Position numbers and translations under genes: made by a program. The notes below the pieces were generated by a model. That model made no database searches. It was not told the DNA's origin and was given only the letters and a program-made list of their open reading frames with translations. A stretch of 46,946 nucleotides of DNA from Psammoneis japonica (lineage: Eukaryota), in NCBI GenBank assembly GCA_008632985.1, contig QPGO01000350.1:1-46946 (forward strand), given 5' to 3'. Shown here piece after piece: positions 25,201 through 36,169 of this stretch. Within the stretch, counting starts at the first letter, position 1, and every line of letters begins with the position of its first letter.

Positions 25201-28200
25201 AGCCTTGCAGTGGCCTGGAGCATCATGGGATGAACAAGCAGACAGTTGTTTGCTGCGATGGGACGTTGTGCAATCCGCCAAGGAAACAGCAATGAGAATC
25301 TCGTCATTGCAAGGGCAAAGACAGGGTTCGCCGTCTTTGGCAAACATCCACTCAATCATGTGAAAGGAGCACTTTGGCAGTTCAAGTTCGTGGCCTGCAG
25401 CATTCAACAAATTGCACCAAAGCTGATTGTCCTCCTGCATCTTGAAGGCGAGGTCCAACATGCAAGGTTGTGGGTGGGCACGGAAATCATTCACCTTTTT
25501 GGAAGTGTCATTGATGCAACCTTGGTCACAAATCTGTGGAGACAAGGAGCAGTCCGGAGTCTTGAAAAAAGCCCCGTGAGCATGCTGGTCAAAAAGCTGA
25601 AACAGGCCATTGCATGTCTGGTTCCAATGGAACGGAGAGTTGCTGCTGCCTTGTGTGCCATAAATTGGGAATTCATCAGAGTGAGAGCATGACGTTGGTG
25701 ACAGGCCAAGAACCGTTTTCAGCCAGCACTGAGTCTTGTGCAAGGTGGAGCCAGCCACTTGTGTAACTTCTTTGGGCACGCCGTTGCTGCGGCTCTCTAA
25801 TGTGGCCAAAGCTGGAACATTCCCATCATGGCATGATGTGCAATCATCATTGCTGTGGATGGCGGACTTGCGCGAAGCTCTGCTTGTTTCTAACATGAGC
25901 TCTTCAAGGTGCGATGGTGTGTTGGCATTCAAGAAAGGTCAAGTGCCGTAAATGCCAGGGTTGCAAAGACGTCGATGCTCCACATTTTGTGCCAAGGACC
26001 TCCACTCAAAGCTTGCAACAAGCTGGAAATCGGCTTCATAGATGTGGATGACCCACAGACGATGAAACTTGTTGTTGCCAGGCTCTTTGAAAATCATGAC
26101 ATTCACAATGTCTTTCCACCGGTCGAATGAATGCCCCCATTTTGGGCACAGTCAATGGATTTAATCTGATCTGAACAAGCAACTGTTGAACTTGATCCAA
26201 GGCTTCTCGTTCCTCTGCAATGGATCCATCAGAATCTACGGAGTCAGGGCAATGATGAGGAGTGCACATGACCTTCCAGTGTCCGAGGTGCAGACCAGAG
26301 AAAAGCAACGTGGACGTTGACTCTTTCCAAGATTCAATCTTTCCTTCCAAATCAGAGCCAGTGAGAAAAGCTGAGACTGACACTGGAGACCAGCGTTTCA
26401 GGTGTCGAACAAACCAAGAAGTGGTGTCGTTCAAGGTGAAGGTGTCATGTTTGCCGTCGAGAATGAGATCTGCCATTGTCGTGTCCCCTTTGCACCCCAA
26501 GTCCGCCAACAATGGAGGAACAGCAGGAGGGGTGCCATGTGCTTGTCCAAAATGTCTTTGATTGTGTTGGCAAAGTGCCGTGGCCACATCCTCCGGGGCA
26601 TCAACAATGACCCAGTCATGGCATTTCTTAGGATGAGCTGCCGGATTTCTGGGAACTTGGATGCCACTGATTCCAGTCTCTCTCTCTGCAAAGAGCTTTG
26701 TCATTTCTTTGGCTTTGTGGATGTTTTGCATGACAGTGGCCTGTCATCTAGATGACTGGGATCCCTCCAAGTCAAGGGCCGCTGTCTTTTCAGAAATCTT
26801 GCATTCACGGTGGACAGTGCTGGCTGCAGTGGTTTGTTTGCACTGGGCATGAGCTGTGCGCAGAGCTTCTTGACATTCATGAAGCATGTCAGGCATCATA
26901 AAAGAGTCTTGTAAAGTGTCGCCCATGATGCAGATTTGAGACACACAGTCCAATTGAGTCCGCATCACAGAGACCACATGGGACAAAATGTGTGCTCAAT
27001 GTCGAAGGTCGGCAAGTGCTGCTGACCACTCAGGTTCCCAGTGATGATGACAATGCTCAGCAGAAGCAAGCAAAAACTGCAGGAGGTCTCTGTCAAGGCA
27101 TTCTGCCAATGCATGATCTGGCACCTGGAGTCTGAGGAGCTTGACAGATCTTTCCAATGTGGATCTGCTCTCTGACATGGGGCCCATGGCCTGCAGTTGA
27201 GTGGTCACTTGGGGTTTGGAAGAAGCCTGGACATCTCTGAAGCAAGCCTTGGGGAGATCAACCGTTGGATTGCCAAACAACTCAACAGTGTCAAAATTGA
27301 CAAAACAGACACAACGGGTTCCAGTCCTGGGTGGGACTTTTTGTGACATTTGCCCCGTAGAATTCTACGTGCGAGCTCTGTAGTTCGTACTCTGGTCAAT
27401 GGACACATTCATCTTCGACATGAAATGAACGGCCAAGTTTGCAGCACATGTGTCTCTGTTCGTACTCGCAGTTTTGGACAATGCGCCTGCCCTGCGCCAT
27501 TCTTAAGACACTCGAGAATGGCGTAGAAGAAAAAAATGTTAAAAGTTGTTGAATGGATCGCCTGACAATTGTGCTGTGAAATGATGCAAAATTTCGCCAA
27601 AATCACGTAGAAATGTACGTGCGCGACATACGACGCGATTCAAAAAACTGTCGATGTCACAGTTCAGCAGCACGAGGTCCCACCTAGACCTGGAACGCGT
27701 CACACGATGGTCAGAAGCAATGTGACAACCAAATGCCTCACATCCACCTGAACGAGCTGCTGACAGGGCCCCAGGCGATGCTAAAATGCAGTCCAAGCAT
27801 TTGGTGCCTCGAGTGCATGTTGTAAAGTCGGTGTCACCAATCAGATCAAAAAGGGCATCAGAGAGATTAAAACGCTGAGCCAAAGAAGCCAAAGAGTCAA
27901 TGTCCAATGTGAAGTCTGTGTTGAAATCCCCAAAGATGACAACCTCTTGATTGGAGTCAGCCACAAAATCCTGTGAGAGACAAGACAGGTCCATGCAAAA
28001 GGTTTTCCGGGGGCCCAGTTGTGGATGACCTTGTTGGCGGAGCAGGGGTTCTGCCGGGCTGACATTGGTTTTTGGTGCAGACATGGCAGCAGGATGCAAA
28101 AACTTGACTTGGTGGCCATTCCAACCATCAAAGACTTGAGCAGACCATCATCTGAGAGGGCCCAACTCTTGAGAATGGCACCTGCAGAAACCAAGTTGCA

Positions 28201-30600
28201 CAAAAGAAGGGCGGTGCCACCTGATTTGTGTTGAGTTGCAAAGGTGGCAGAGCTGCTAGAAAAGGCCCCTTGACCATGAAGGAGAGGGTTGGTCACTGTG
28301 GACCTGCACACAGAGAGAATGTTGCACTGAGCGGCATCCAGGCACACTTCGGAAACACCCACAATGTCAGCCTGAGTTTCGTTTGCGACTTCACAACACT
28401 CATTAATGTCGCCACCATGTTCATCTAATTTGCAACCGCTGGTGTTGAGTGTGTGCAACCTGGTGTGATGTGAAAGCTTGGATTGCAGTGCATCACCAAT
28501 GGGTTCATTTGTCTTTAAATTGGAGAGATTTGTGTGTCGCTCTGGAGATGGCTGGAAGCATCAACCGTCTGGCAGAGATTGCCAGGATGCAGTGACATTG
28601 TCGGCAGAAGATGTGCTGCTCATGTTTGGGCCATGCTCCTCCAAAGAGAAGGCTGGGGCTCAGAGCACTGCAGGGAAGGAGGATCACAGTGAAAAGAAAA
28701 ACGGCGACAGCGGGATGCACAACAGAATGTGTGTTCAAGGGACGGCGACGAAGCTTGGCCAGTGATGTCAGGAGGACGCCCACGGGTTTGAGGAGGTGGA
28801 GGCGGCAAAGTCCAACTCCCTTCTAAAAATGCTGTTCCTTGTCGTCTGCTGGGTGCTCAGGAGTCTGCATGTCATTCGGTTGCTTCCGTGTCGAAGAGGG
28901 AGGCATCGGAGGGGCCAACGGCACTTGTGGGAGCTGTGTGATTTGATTCATTTGCACTTGCATTTGTTCCTGCATGGATTGATTCTGTTCCTGTAGATCT
29001 GACAATTGTTGGGAGCACTGAGCATGCATGTGAGCTGTGTCCTTGGCGTGTTGGTCTTTGAGGTCCTGAACAGCTTGCAGCTTGGTCAGTGCAGGTTTGA
29101 ACCTGTGAAATGGTTCGCTGCACTTCGGCCATCTGAACAGATGTGAGAGAGTAGCTTGAGCATGCGAAATTGGGGTTGGACTCATGCCGGAGATTCCCAA
29201 GTGACCAAAGGATGGAGACAAAGGCAAAGGGTGGGAGGTGCAGACATTCAGAGGAACAGCTGATCCAGGAACAGTGCCATGACCCAGCATGCCAGTGCAC
29301 CCACATCCTTGTCCTGCAAATGAATTGGGAGAGCATGCAGATCGAGAAGTGTTGGCATCAGTCAATGGAGACACATCAGAAAAGGTCAAGGATTCTAAGC
29401 TGCAGATGCTGGCTGACACGATTGATTTGCTGGCATCAGACACTTCATCCAAAATTCCCGACACTTGAGGATGATCTTCAAAGGGGGGGGGGGGGGAGGA
29501 TGTGATTCTTTTGGAATGTTGGGAATCTGATCCAAGACACATGTCAAGATTGTGGCCTTGGTCTGCTTGAAACAAAGTCAATGCACCAGGACATCGCAAC
29601 AGCCAGTGCTGGATGCAGAATTGGATGAGAAAATGTCAATCACGTGTTGGACAGCCTTGATGTGATTTTCCAAGAAAAACATCACATCCGGAGAAGTGCA
29701 CAGCAGTGGCACCATGCAGGCATTGTCATTGCGTTTGGCTTGAGTGATTGGCCATGAGAATGTGCGTTGCGAGCTTGTTGGATGCGCACAGCAAAGTCTT
29801 GGCTGCTTTGCGACAATCCTCCTGTTGAACTTCAACAGCACATGTCACAGCATGGATTGGTGCTGAGGTTTTGTTGTTGTCAGCATGGATGGTCACAGGA
29901 ACCAGCCCAAATTGAGGCATTTTTGTCTTGAGGTCGCCAAGGTCTTTCATCAACAATTTCGTGGCAATGTCTGCCAGAGTGTGCTTCGATGGGGTGGCAA
30001 CATGATGTGCCGGGGTTGTGGTGTCGACCGCCAACTCGTCCCAGCAGCAACGTTTCATGCCTGCATTGTTCGATTTGAGAATGCTCTGAATGTGAGGATG
30101 GGAACAGATGTTGCGCAGAGAAACTTTTGTGAGGATACGATGACATGAGTGATGAGTGACCGGGTGAAATTCTCCGCTGCGAGCAGACGAAATCCGAAAA
30201 TGGCACTCGTGCTTGAGAGCCACAACCCATTCAGCAACATTGGCATCAGCAGCTCTCTTGTTGTGATTGTCCAGAATTGTCATGTTGGTCTTGCAAGTGA
30301 ACAAAAGCTGGCTTAAGACTTGGAGATGGGCTGTGACGAGTGTCATGGGCTTGCACATTGCTGCTGCAAAACGAAGTGCAATCTCTTCAAACTGCTGCTC
30401 TTTTGGCTTGGACAAAGGTTCGAGAGAGGCTTGATTGACTGTTGCATTGTCAGCCATGTTGGCATCATGGGTGTGACAATCTGCAGTTGTGTCAACAGGA
30501 AACAAGAACAATTTTTGGCATGACAAACAACATGTTCTGTGCTGACTGGTGCTCTGCACATCAGCCACCATGTTTCATCTTGTGTTTTGTGCTGTGCAAA
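22280..30600 (-). mobile_element. Degenerate non-LTR retrotransposon (Ambal/L1-like; ORF1 plus APE-RT-RNase H-zinc knuckle ORF2), interrupted by a MITE
   Basis: APE motifs GVSE, IFGDFN, LDCIL(LDYIL) and SDHR at 28.4-27.7 kb. RT IYGTQGSSNSP..W and GCINDT (GFVDD-like) at ~25.6 kb. RNase H GAFGW, SSHRAEAHG, WAKGHQD, LNVCTDKLA. Knuckle CIHC..DHILWC. ORF1 remnants at 28.8-30.6 kb. Many frameshifts. Confidence 0.85.
27313..27701. mobile_element. MITE copy 1 (389 bp, ~25-bp TIRs, 4-bp TSD ACAC)
   Basis: TIRs AACGGGTTCCAGTCCTGGGTGGGAC / GTCCCACCTAGACCTGGAACGCGTC; ACAC at 27309-12 and 27702-05. Removing the element and one TSD restores the LINE frame SDHRVCFVNFD. Confidence 0.88.
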
Positions 30601-30699
30601 CTCTGCCCAATCAACATGGTTGCCTGCGTTGAACTGCATCATGACTGACCAACAAAAGCAACAAAAAATGGATTCAAACATGCCATGGCATGTTGTGCC

Positions 30700-31105
30700 C
30701 AGTTTGTTTGTTGTGGTTGGCTGGCTGGCTGTTGATCTCCATGGGGCCAGGCAGAGGGGGCAGATGTGTGCAAGAGGGGGGCCACGGGGAGCTCCTGCTG
30801 GTGCACAAATTTGCGCTTGTGTCTGAAGCACATGTGCAACAAAGTGGCACTCATGGCAATTCCCTGGGAACCCACGTTCCCTGCCACAAGGCAAAAAGTT
30901 CATGGAAAACCAAACTGGGGCTCTTGGGGGAACATGCTTTGCAACCTCTGCCCCTTCTGCGGCAGATGCAAGGGGCTTTGGCGTGTGTTGCTGATTGGGG
31001 AGCACACAGGACAAAACAACTAGAGGCACATTCTTCCACTCGCACACAGCTCAAAGATGTGCATCATGCAAAAAATCACCACAGTCTGATGAGTTTGCCA
31101 ATGTG
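30700..31105 (+). repeat. ~400-bp segment duplicated at 33790-34607 (that copy contains the MITE)
   Basis: GCTGTTGATCTCCATGGGGCCAGGCAGAG...CAGTCTGATGAGTTTGCCAATGTG is present in both copies. Confidence 0.88.
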
Positions 31106-31178
31106 CCAGAGTGGTTGAACACGTTCATTTCACAACATTTTGAGATTTTATGTTAAAAAATTGCACAAAGCAGATGTT

Positions 31179-31208
31179 GCCACTGTGTGCAAGTTGGTCT
31201 GAGGAGCA
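31179..31208 (+). pseudogene. Truncated, mutated 5' fragment of tRNA-Leu(TAA)
   Basis: GCCACTGTGTGCAAGTTGGTCTGAGGAGCA versus intact GCCACTATGTCCGAGTTGGTCTAAGGAGCA. Both share the upstream TTTCACAACA..AAAATTGCA..GATGTT. Confidence 0.8.
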
Positions 31209-31432
31209 TGGCACAGAAAAAAGATCTGAGTTGATGGCTTTGTCACCAACTTTGTGATGGGCTCATTGGCGTTGACAGAAACACTCTGGTGCAGTGAGCT
31301 GATGGTCGCACTAAGACCAAGCTTGTGTCATTGAGACAGAGGTGAATCATTTGCATCCACAACACTGACAAGATTCATTGACAATTGAATCTCAGTCATT
31401 CTTCAATCATCAAACTGCACACATTGCATTCT

Positions 31433-32060
31433 TTAATCATCAAACATGCAAGGCTCCATTGGGCAGGTTGGGTGTTTTGCTTCATGTTCATCCATCTTGA
31501 AGTGATCAACACACGGGATCTTGCCCTTGACAAAGCTCATGTTTTTGCAGTTCTTCACATTTCTGCACCCCTGGAAGAACCCCAGCATGAAACCAATTTT
31601 TTTGTCCACCTGTTCATGAAGCACAACCTTGTTGGTCTCATTGAGCAAGTGAAGACGCTTGCCCAGAAGCACCTTCTGAGTCAATGCAAGATCAGTGCAT
31701 TCTGCAAGGGCCTTGAAAATAAATTCTTGATCTTCCGGCACCAAGTTGTCACCATGTTTATAGAACTTGATGCAAATCTGCTCATCATCCTCCAGATGAC
31801 AACAAAACTTGCAATCCTTCTCAGCCAAGATGCGGATCTTCTCAAGATGAGAATCTTCATCAGAAAAGAGGTTGTGCCAGACAATCACAGCAGGGTGGCA
31901 ACAAGTTGTGCTTCTCGCATGCTTTCCAAGTTGGAATTGCTTGTCCCAGAAATCCTTGCTCTTGCCATGATGGGCTTTTGCCAACACAAATTTGAGTTGT
32001 TTGGCAGACATGGTGTTGCAGACAGATGATGTGTTGCAAAGAAGCAATGTTGTTTGTGCC
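31433..32060 (-). pseudogene. TpA-mutated copy B of the same unknown repeat-borne gene
   Basis: Inverted homologue of 20690-21318. Confidence 0.7.
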
Positions 32061-33804
32061 CCATGTTGTGTTGTTTGCTGATCCTCTTTGGCAAGATCCA
32101 AAGAATCTGTCTTGCATTCTGGAATTTTGTCATCCAAGGGCTGTCCAACTTGAGTCAACAACAACCAGGAAGGCAAGCCACTCACTCAACCAGAGTTGTG
32201 AATGTTGTTGTGGTGTTTGCAGCAAGAAAATCACCTCTGAAGATGGGGTTGGGTCAGACAGGCAAGTTGTTGTTCTTTGATGCTTTCATGTTCTCTGTGT
32301 GATGTTCTCATTCTTCTCAATTCCTCTTCTCCATCTCTCTCAGGTGCAATGACTGCCATGTGAAGCTTCTGGAAAAGACATTTTTTGTGCATCATCTGGA
32401 AAGCAAGCACATGGGCATGGACACCAACAAAGCTGTGTTGGCCATTCAAACTGCAATTGTTGAAGGGCACAATGTCATCAAAGTTGCTGGAGCCATTGAC
32501 GGCAACCACAAGAAAGACGACATTGACCCTGATTTTCCCTGTGACCGCAAGACCCAGCCGTGCACTTGCAAAGATGTGGTTGGTCACAAATGTTGTTTCA
32601 AGGAGATTCTCTTGAGTGAAATGAAGTGTTCGTCATCACCACTGACCATCATCACAAAACCATTCTTGAGCAAGACACAAGACAATCGCCGCTCAAACAA
32701 GAAATTCCTTGAGTTGTGTGAGAGCCACAAAGATGCTGTGAAAAAGAAATTGGATCTGTTGGATCCCACCGCTTTGGAAGAGTTCACCACTCCTCTTTGC
32801 AATCCGGTGCACAGCGGTTGTGCATTTGACCATCTGGGATTCCTTCACTCTGTTCTTCCTCATTGGAAGAGCAAGGCCAGCACCATCATGCCAGATGATG
32901 TCAAGCCAGAGAGTCCTCACTTGCAGGAGCTTGCAAGCAGGTGTGCCGAGCAGGCAAAAATTGGTTGGGGAAGAAGGGCAAGCTTTGCAGACAGATTCTG
33001 CTCTTGATGGCAGATGTGTGGCATTGTTCAACAAAGCAGAGTGCAGCACAAATCAACTGGACAAATTTTGGCTGGCAGAGTGTTGTCACCAATGCCCAGA
33101 TCAATTTGCACATGCCGCACCATGGCACTGCAGAGAAAATGGGAAATCATTCTTGCCACCCACGTCCCACACAATGACTGTCGTCTCTCTGCTTTCTCCG
33201 GCAAGCGACATGCTGTCACACAAGAATGACATCACACCGCTTCTTTCCCAATGCATCATTGTTTCACTTGATTGAGAACCCGTTCAAGGCATTTGCACAA
33301 TGAGCTGATGGATGGCAAGATGATTGGACCATCTGAATTTTGTTTTGCACTGGAAACTTTGTGCGCGCTGCACGCATCATCGCCAAAAATCGGCGACATG
33401 ATGGTGGTGCGTTGTTGTGACAACAGCCATGACAGCAATGTGCCCCAGAGTCTTTTGTCATTGTGGACATTTGGTTCATTGAGTTTGAGAATGTGCTCAG
33501 TCATGAAAGCCCCCGAGAGCAACCTCCATTTGAAAGCAAAACGTCACACCAATGACGAGCTCTGTTTTGGACCTGTCACTGTCATGCATTCATTGTTGAA
33601 CAATTGAGACTTTGTCAGGGGGGCTTTCTTTGCATGTTCGTGTTTTAAATGGTGCAATTGATCATCATGATGAGTGCCCATTGCAAAGTTGTCCTGCAAG
33701 AGCTTGAGAAAAATGTCATTGTCATCGTCGGCGTCGATGGCAATTTGTCGCACAAATCGCAACAAAAGCATGACTGTCGTCTGTCCATTTTGTTTGTTGT
33801 GGTT

Positions 33805-34198
33805 GACACGCTCCAGGTCCAGGTGGGACCTCATGCTGCTGATCTGTGACATTGACAGTTTTTTGAATCTCGTCGCATGTTGTGCGCGCAGATTTCTGCG
33901 TGATTTTTTGACATTTTGTGTCATTTCATGGCACACTTGTTGAGCGATCCGTCCAACAACTTTTGACATTTTTTGTTGCAGCACGATTCTACAATGTCTT
34001 AAGAATCGCACAGGGCAGGTGAATTTGCAGAAACGTCAAGTGGCGCAAGAGGCAAAACTGTGCCACAAACTTGGCCGTTTGTTTGATGTTGAAGACAAGT
34101 GTGTCCACCAGCTAAATTCTTGTGCTGCGGAGCTCGCACGCAGAATTCTGCGGGCCCAATCATGTCACACCGAGTCCCACCCAGGGCTGGAGTGCGTC
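33805..34198. mobile_element. MITE copy 2 (394 bp, inverted relative to copy 1, 4-bp TSD GGTT)
   Basis: TIRs GACACGCTCCAGGTCCAGGTGGGAC / GTCCCACCCAGGGCTGGAGTGCGTC; GGTT at 33801-04 and 34199-202. The empty site is visible in the paralogous segment at ~30715. Confidence 0.88.
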
Positions 34199-34949
34199 GG
34201 TTGGCCAGCTGTTGATCTCCATGGGGCCAGGCAGAGAGGGCAGAGGTGTGCAAGAGGGGGGCATGGGGAGCTCCTGCTGGTGCACAAATTTGCGCTTGTG
34301 TCCAAAGCGCATGTGCGACAAAGTGGCGTTCATGGGGATTCCCTGGGAACCCACATTCCCTGCCATCAAGCAAAAAAATTGTGGAAGACCAAGCTGAGGC
34401 TCTCAGGGGCACACGCTTTGTGACCTCTGCCCTTGACGGCAGGTGCAGGAGGCTTTGGTGTGCATTGCTGATGGGGGAGCACACAGGACAAATCAGCTGG
34501 AGGCACATTCTTCCACTCGCACACAGCTCAATTTGAGGCACATTGAGTCAGCTGCAAAACATGTGCTTCGCGCAAAAAATCGCCAGTCTGATGAGTTTGC
34601 CAATGTGACCGCAGAGTCATCACGCAGAAATTGTGTGCGTGGAGCAGCACCAAGACAAGTCTGTCTGTCCTGAGTGAATTTTAACTTTGCGAAAAATGGA
34701 CTTGACTGTTTTCTGATCAGGCGCATTTTTCTTCAACACATTTGCAAAAATGCGCCTGACAGTCAAGTCCATTTCTGCACAAATTGTGTGAAAATAACAG
34801 TTTCAGTGCAAAAACGTGTAGATTCTACAGGCCTCATTAACTTGTGCGTTCAACGTCACGGGTCATTTTCAAGAGATTCCCATTGCATTATTTCACAACA
34901 TGAGCTTTTCTTGAGTTTAAGGACTCAAAAATTGCATTTCTTGGATGTT

Positions 34950-35035
34950 GCCACTATGTCCGAGTTGGTCTAAGGAGCAGCACTTAAGATGCTGTGAACA
35001 TTCAGTTCGCGTGGGTTCGAACCCCACTGGTGGCA
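34950..35035 (+). tRNA. tRNA-Leu(TAA)
   Basis: Acceptor GCCACTA/TGGTGGC-A; anticodon arm CAGCA-CTTAAGA-TGCTG; long variable arm TGAAC-ATTCA-GTTCG; T-arm GTGGG-TTCGAAC-CCCAC; TTTT terminator. Confidence 0.93.
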
Positions 35036-35069
35036 CTTTTGCACAAAAGCACATTGAAGCATGGTCAGC

Positions 35070-35227
35070 CCCGCGTTTATCCTAACATTATAGTGGCATT
35101 TGAATAAGAATATTTATAAGAGTTAATTTTTGAATACAAAAATTATTCTTTGCATTCACACCCGATCGCCGATCGCGCACGAAAACGAGAACACCAAGCA
35201 CCGCGATCGAAGCACGACGATGACGAA
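35070..35227 (-). repeat. Conserved AT-rich element terminus, copy 2
   Basis: Reverse-complement match to 12494-12626 (CCGCGTTTATCCTAA...GCACCGCGATCGAAGCACGACGATGACG). Confidence 0.8.
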
Positions 35228-36169
35228 AATCGTCGATGTTTCTCAAAAACGTGGCATGTCGTGCACAAACTTTTCATGTGTGTAAGATCTTTGATGCATG
35301 AAGAACATAAAAAAAATGAGAATTGGTGCACGGACTGCCTCCATCACAGACTTGTGGCTTGCTGTTTTTCGCCACGGTGAAGCACAGTGAAGCTCAGGAA
35401 AAATGATGTAAAACACGAGCCATTCGGCCAAACTCGAGCTTAAAAAAGCAGCAACCGGCCACCATTGAGATCGCGTCACAGTGTCATTGGAAAGCTCATG
35501 GTGCAAAATCCAACGGATGCGGCATTGGTTGAAATGGGGTTCTGCATTGGCCGAAATGGGGCTCTGCATTTTGACTTTTTTTTCGTCCAGATTTTTCAAT
35601 GGCAAAAAAACTTTGCCACTTTTCATGCACCTCTGGTGAGCGCTCTCTCTGGCAAGCAACAGCTGTGCACAAGAAAACATTGTGCCTTTTGGGGGGGCTT
35701 TTTGGGGCGGGGCGCATGACACTGCACTGCTTTTGTTGCACAAACTGGCTCAGAGGGATGATGTGCCAATCTCTGCACTCATGCCACCAAAGAGAGACAA
35801 GATTTGTCATGTGGGTTTTGTGGCCCATGGGTGGCAAGAACAATTTCCAATTTTCCACTCTTTCCACCATGGCGCAGCATGTGCAAATGTCAAGATGTGC
35901 GACAGACGAGATTGACCAATCTCTTGGGTGCGCACATGCCTTTGCCTTGCAATTGACTTGGCTGCTGGTGACATCAGTGCTGTTGCAGTCCAGCCAGCGC
36001 ACAACACTCCACCAGCCAAAATTTGTCCGGCTGGTTTGTGGCTGCTGTGCTCCAGCAAATGACACTGTGAAGCTGCCATCAAGGGGGCAGAGTTTGTGGT
36101 GCTTGCCGCCAGCTGGCTCACCTGCTGCTTGGACTTTGCACACACTTGCTCAAGAGCTCCTGCAACAAA

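Noticed and set aside
29483..29496. Poly-G run as a regulatory G-quadruplex
   Set aside because: It falls in a Pro-rich stretch of the degenerate LINE ORF1, with no other support.
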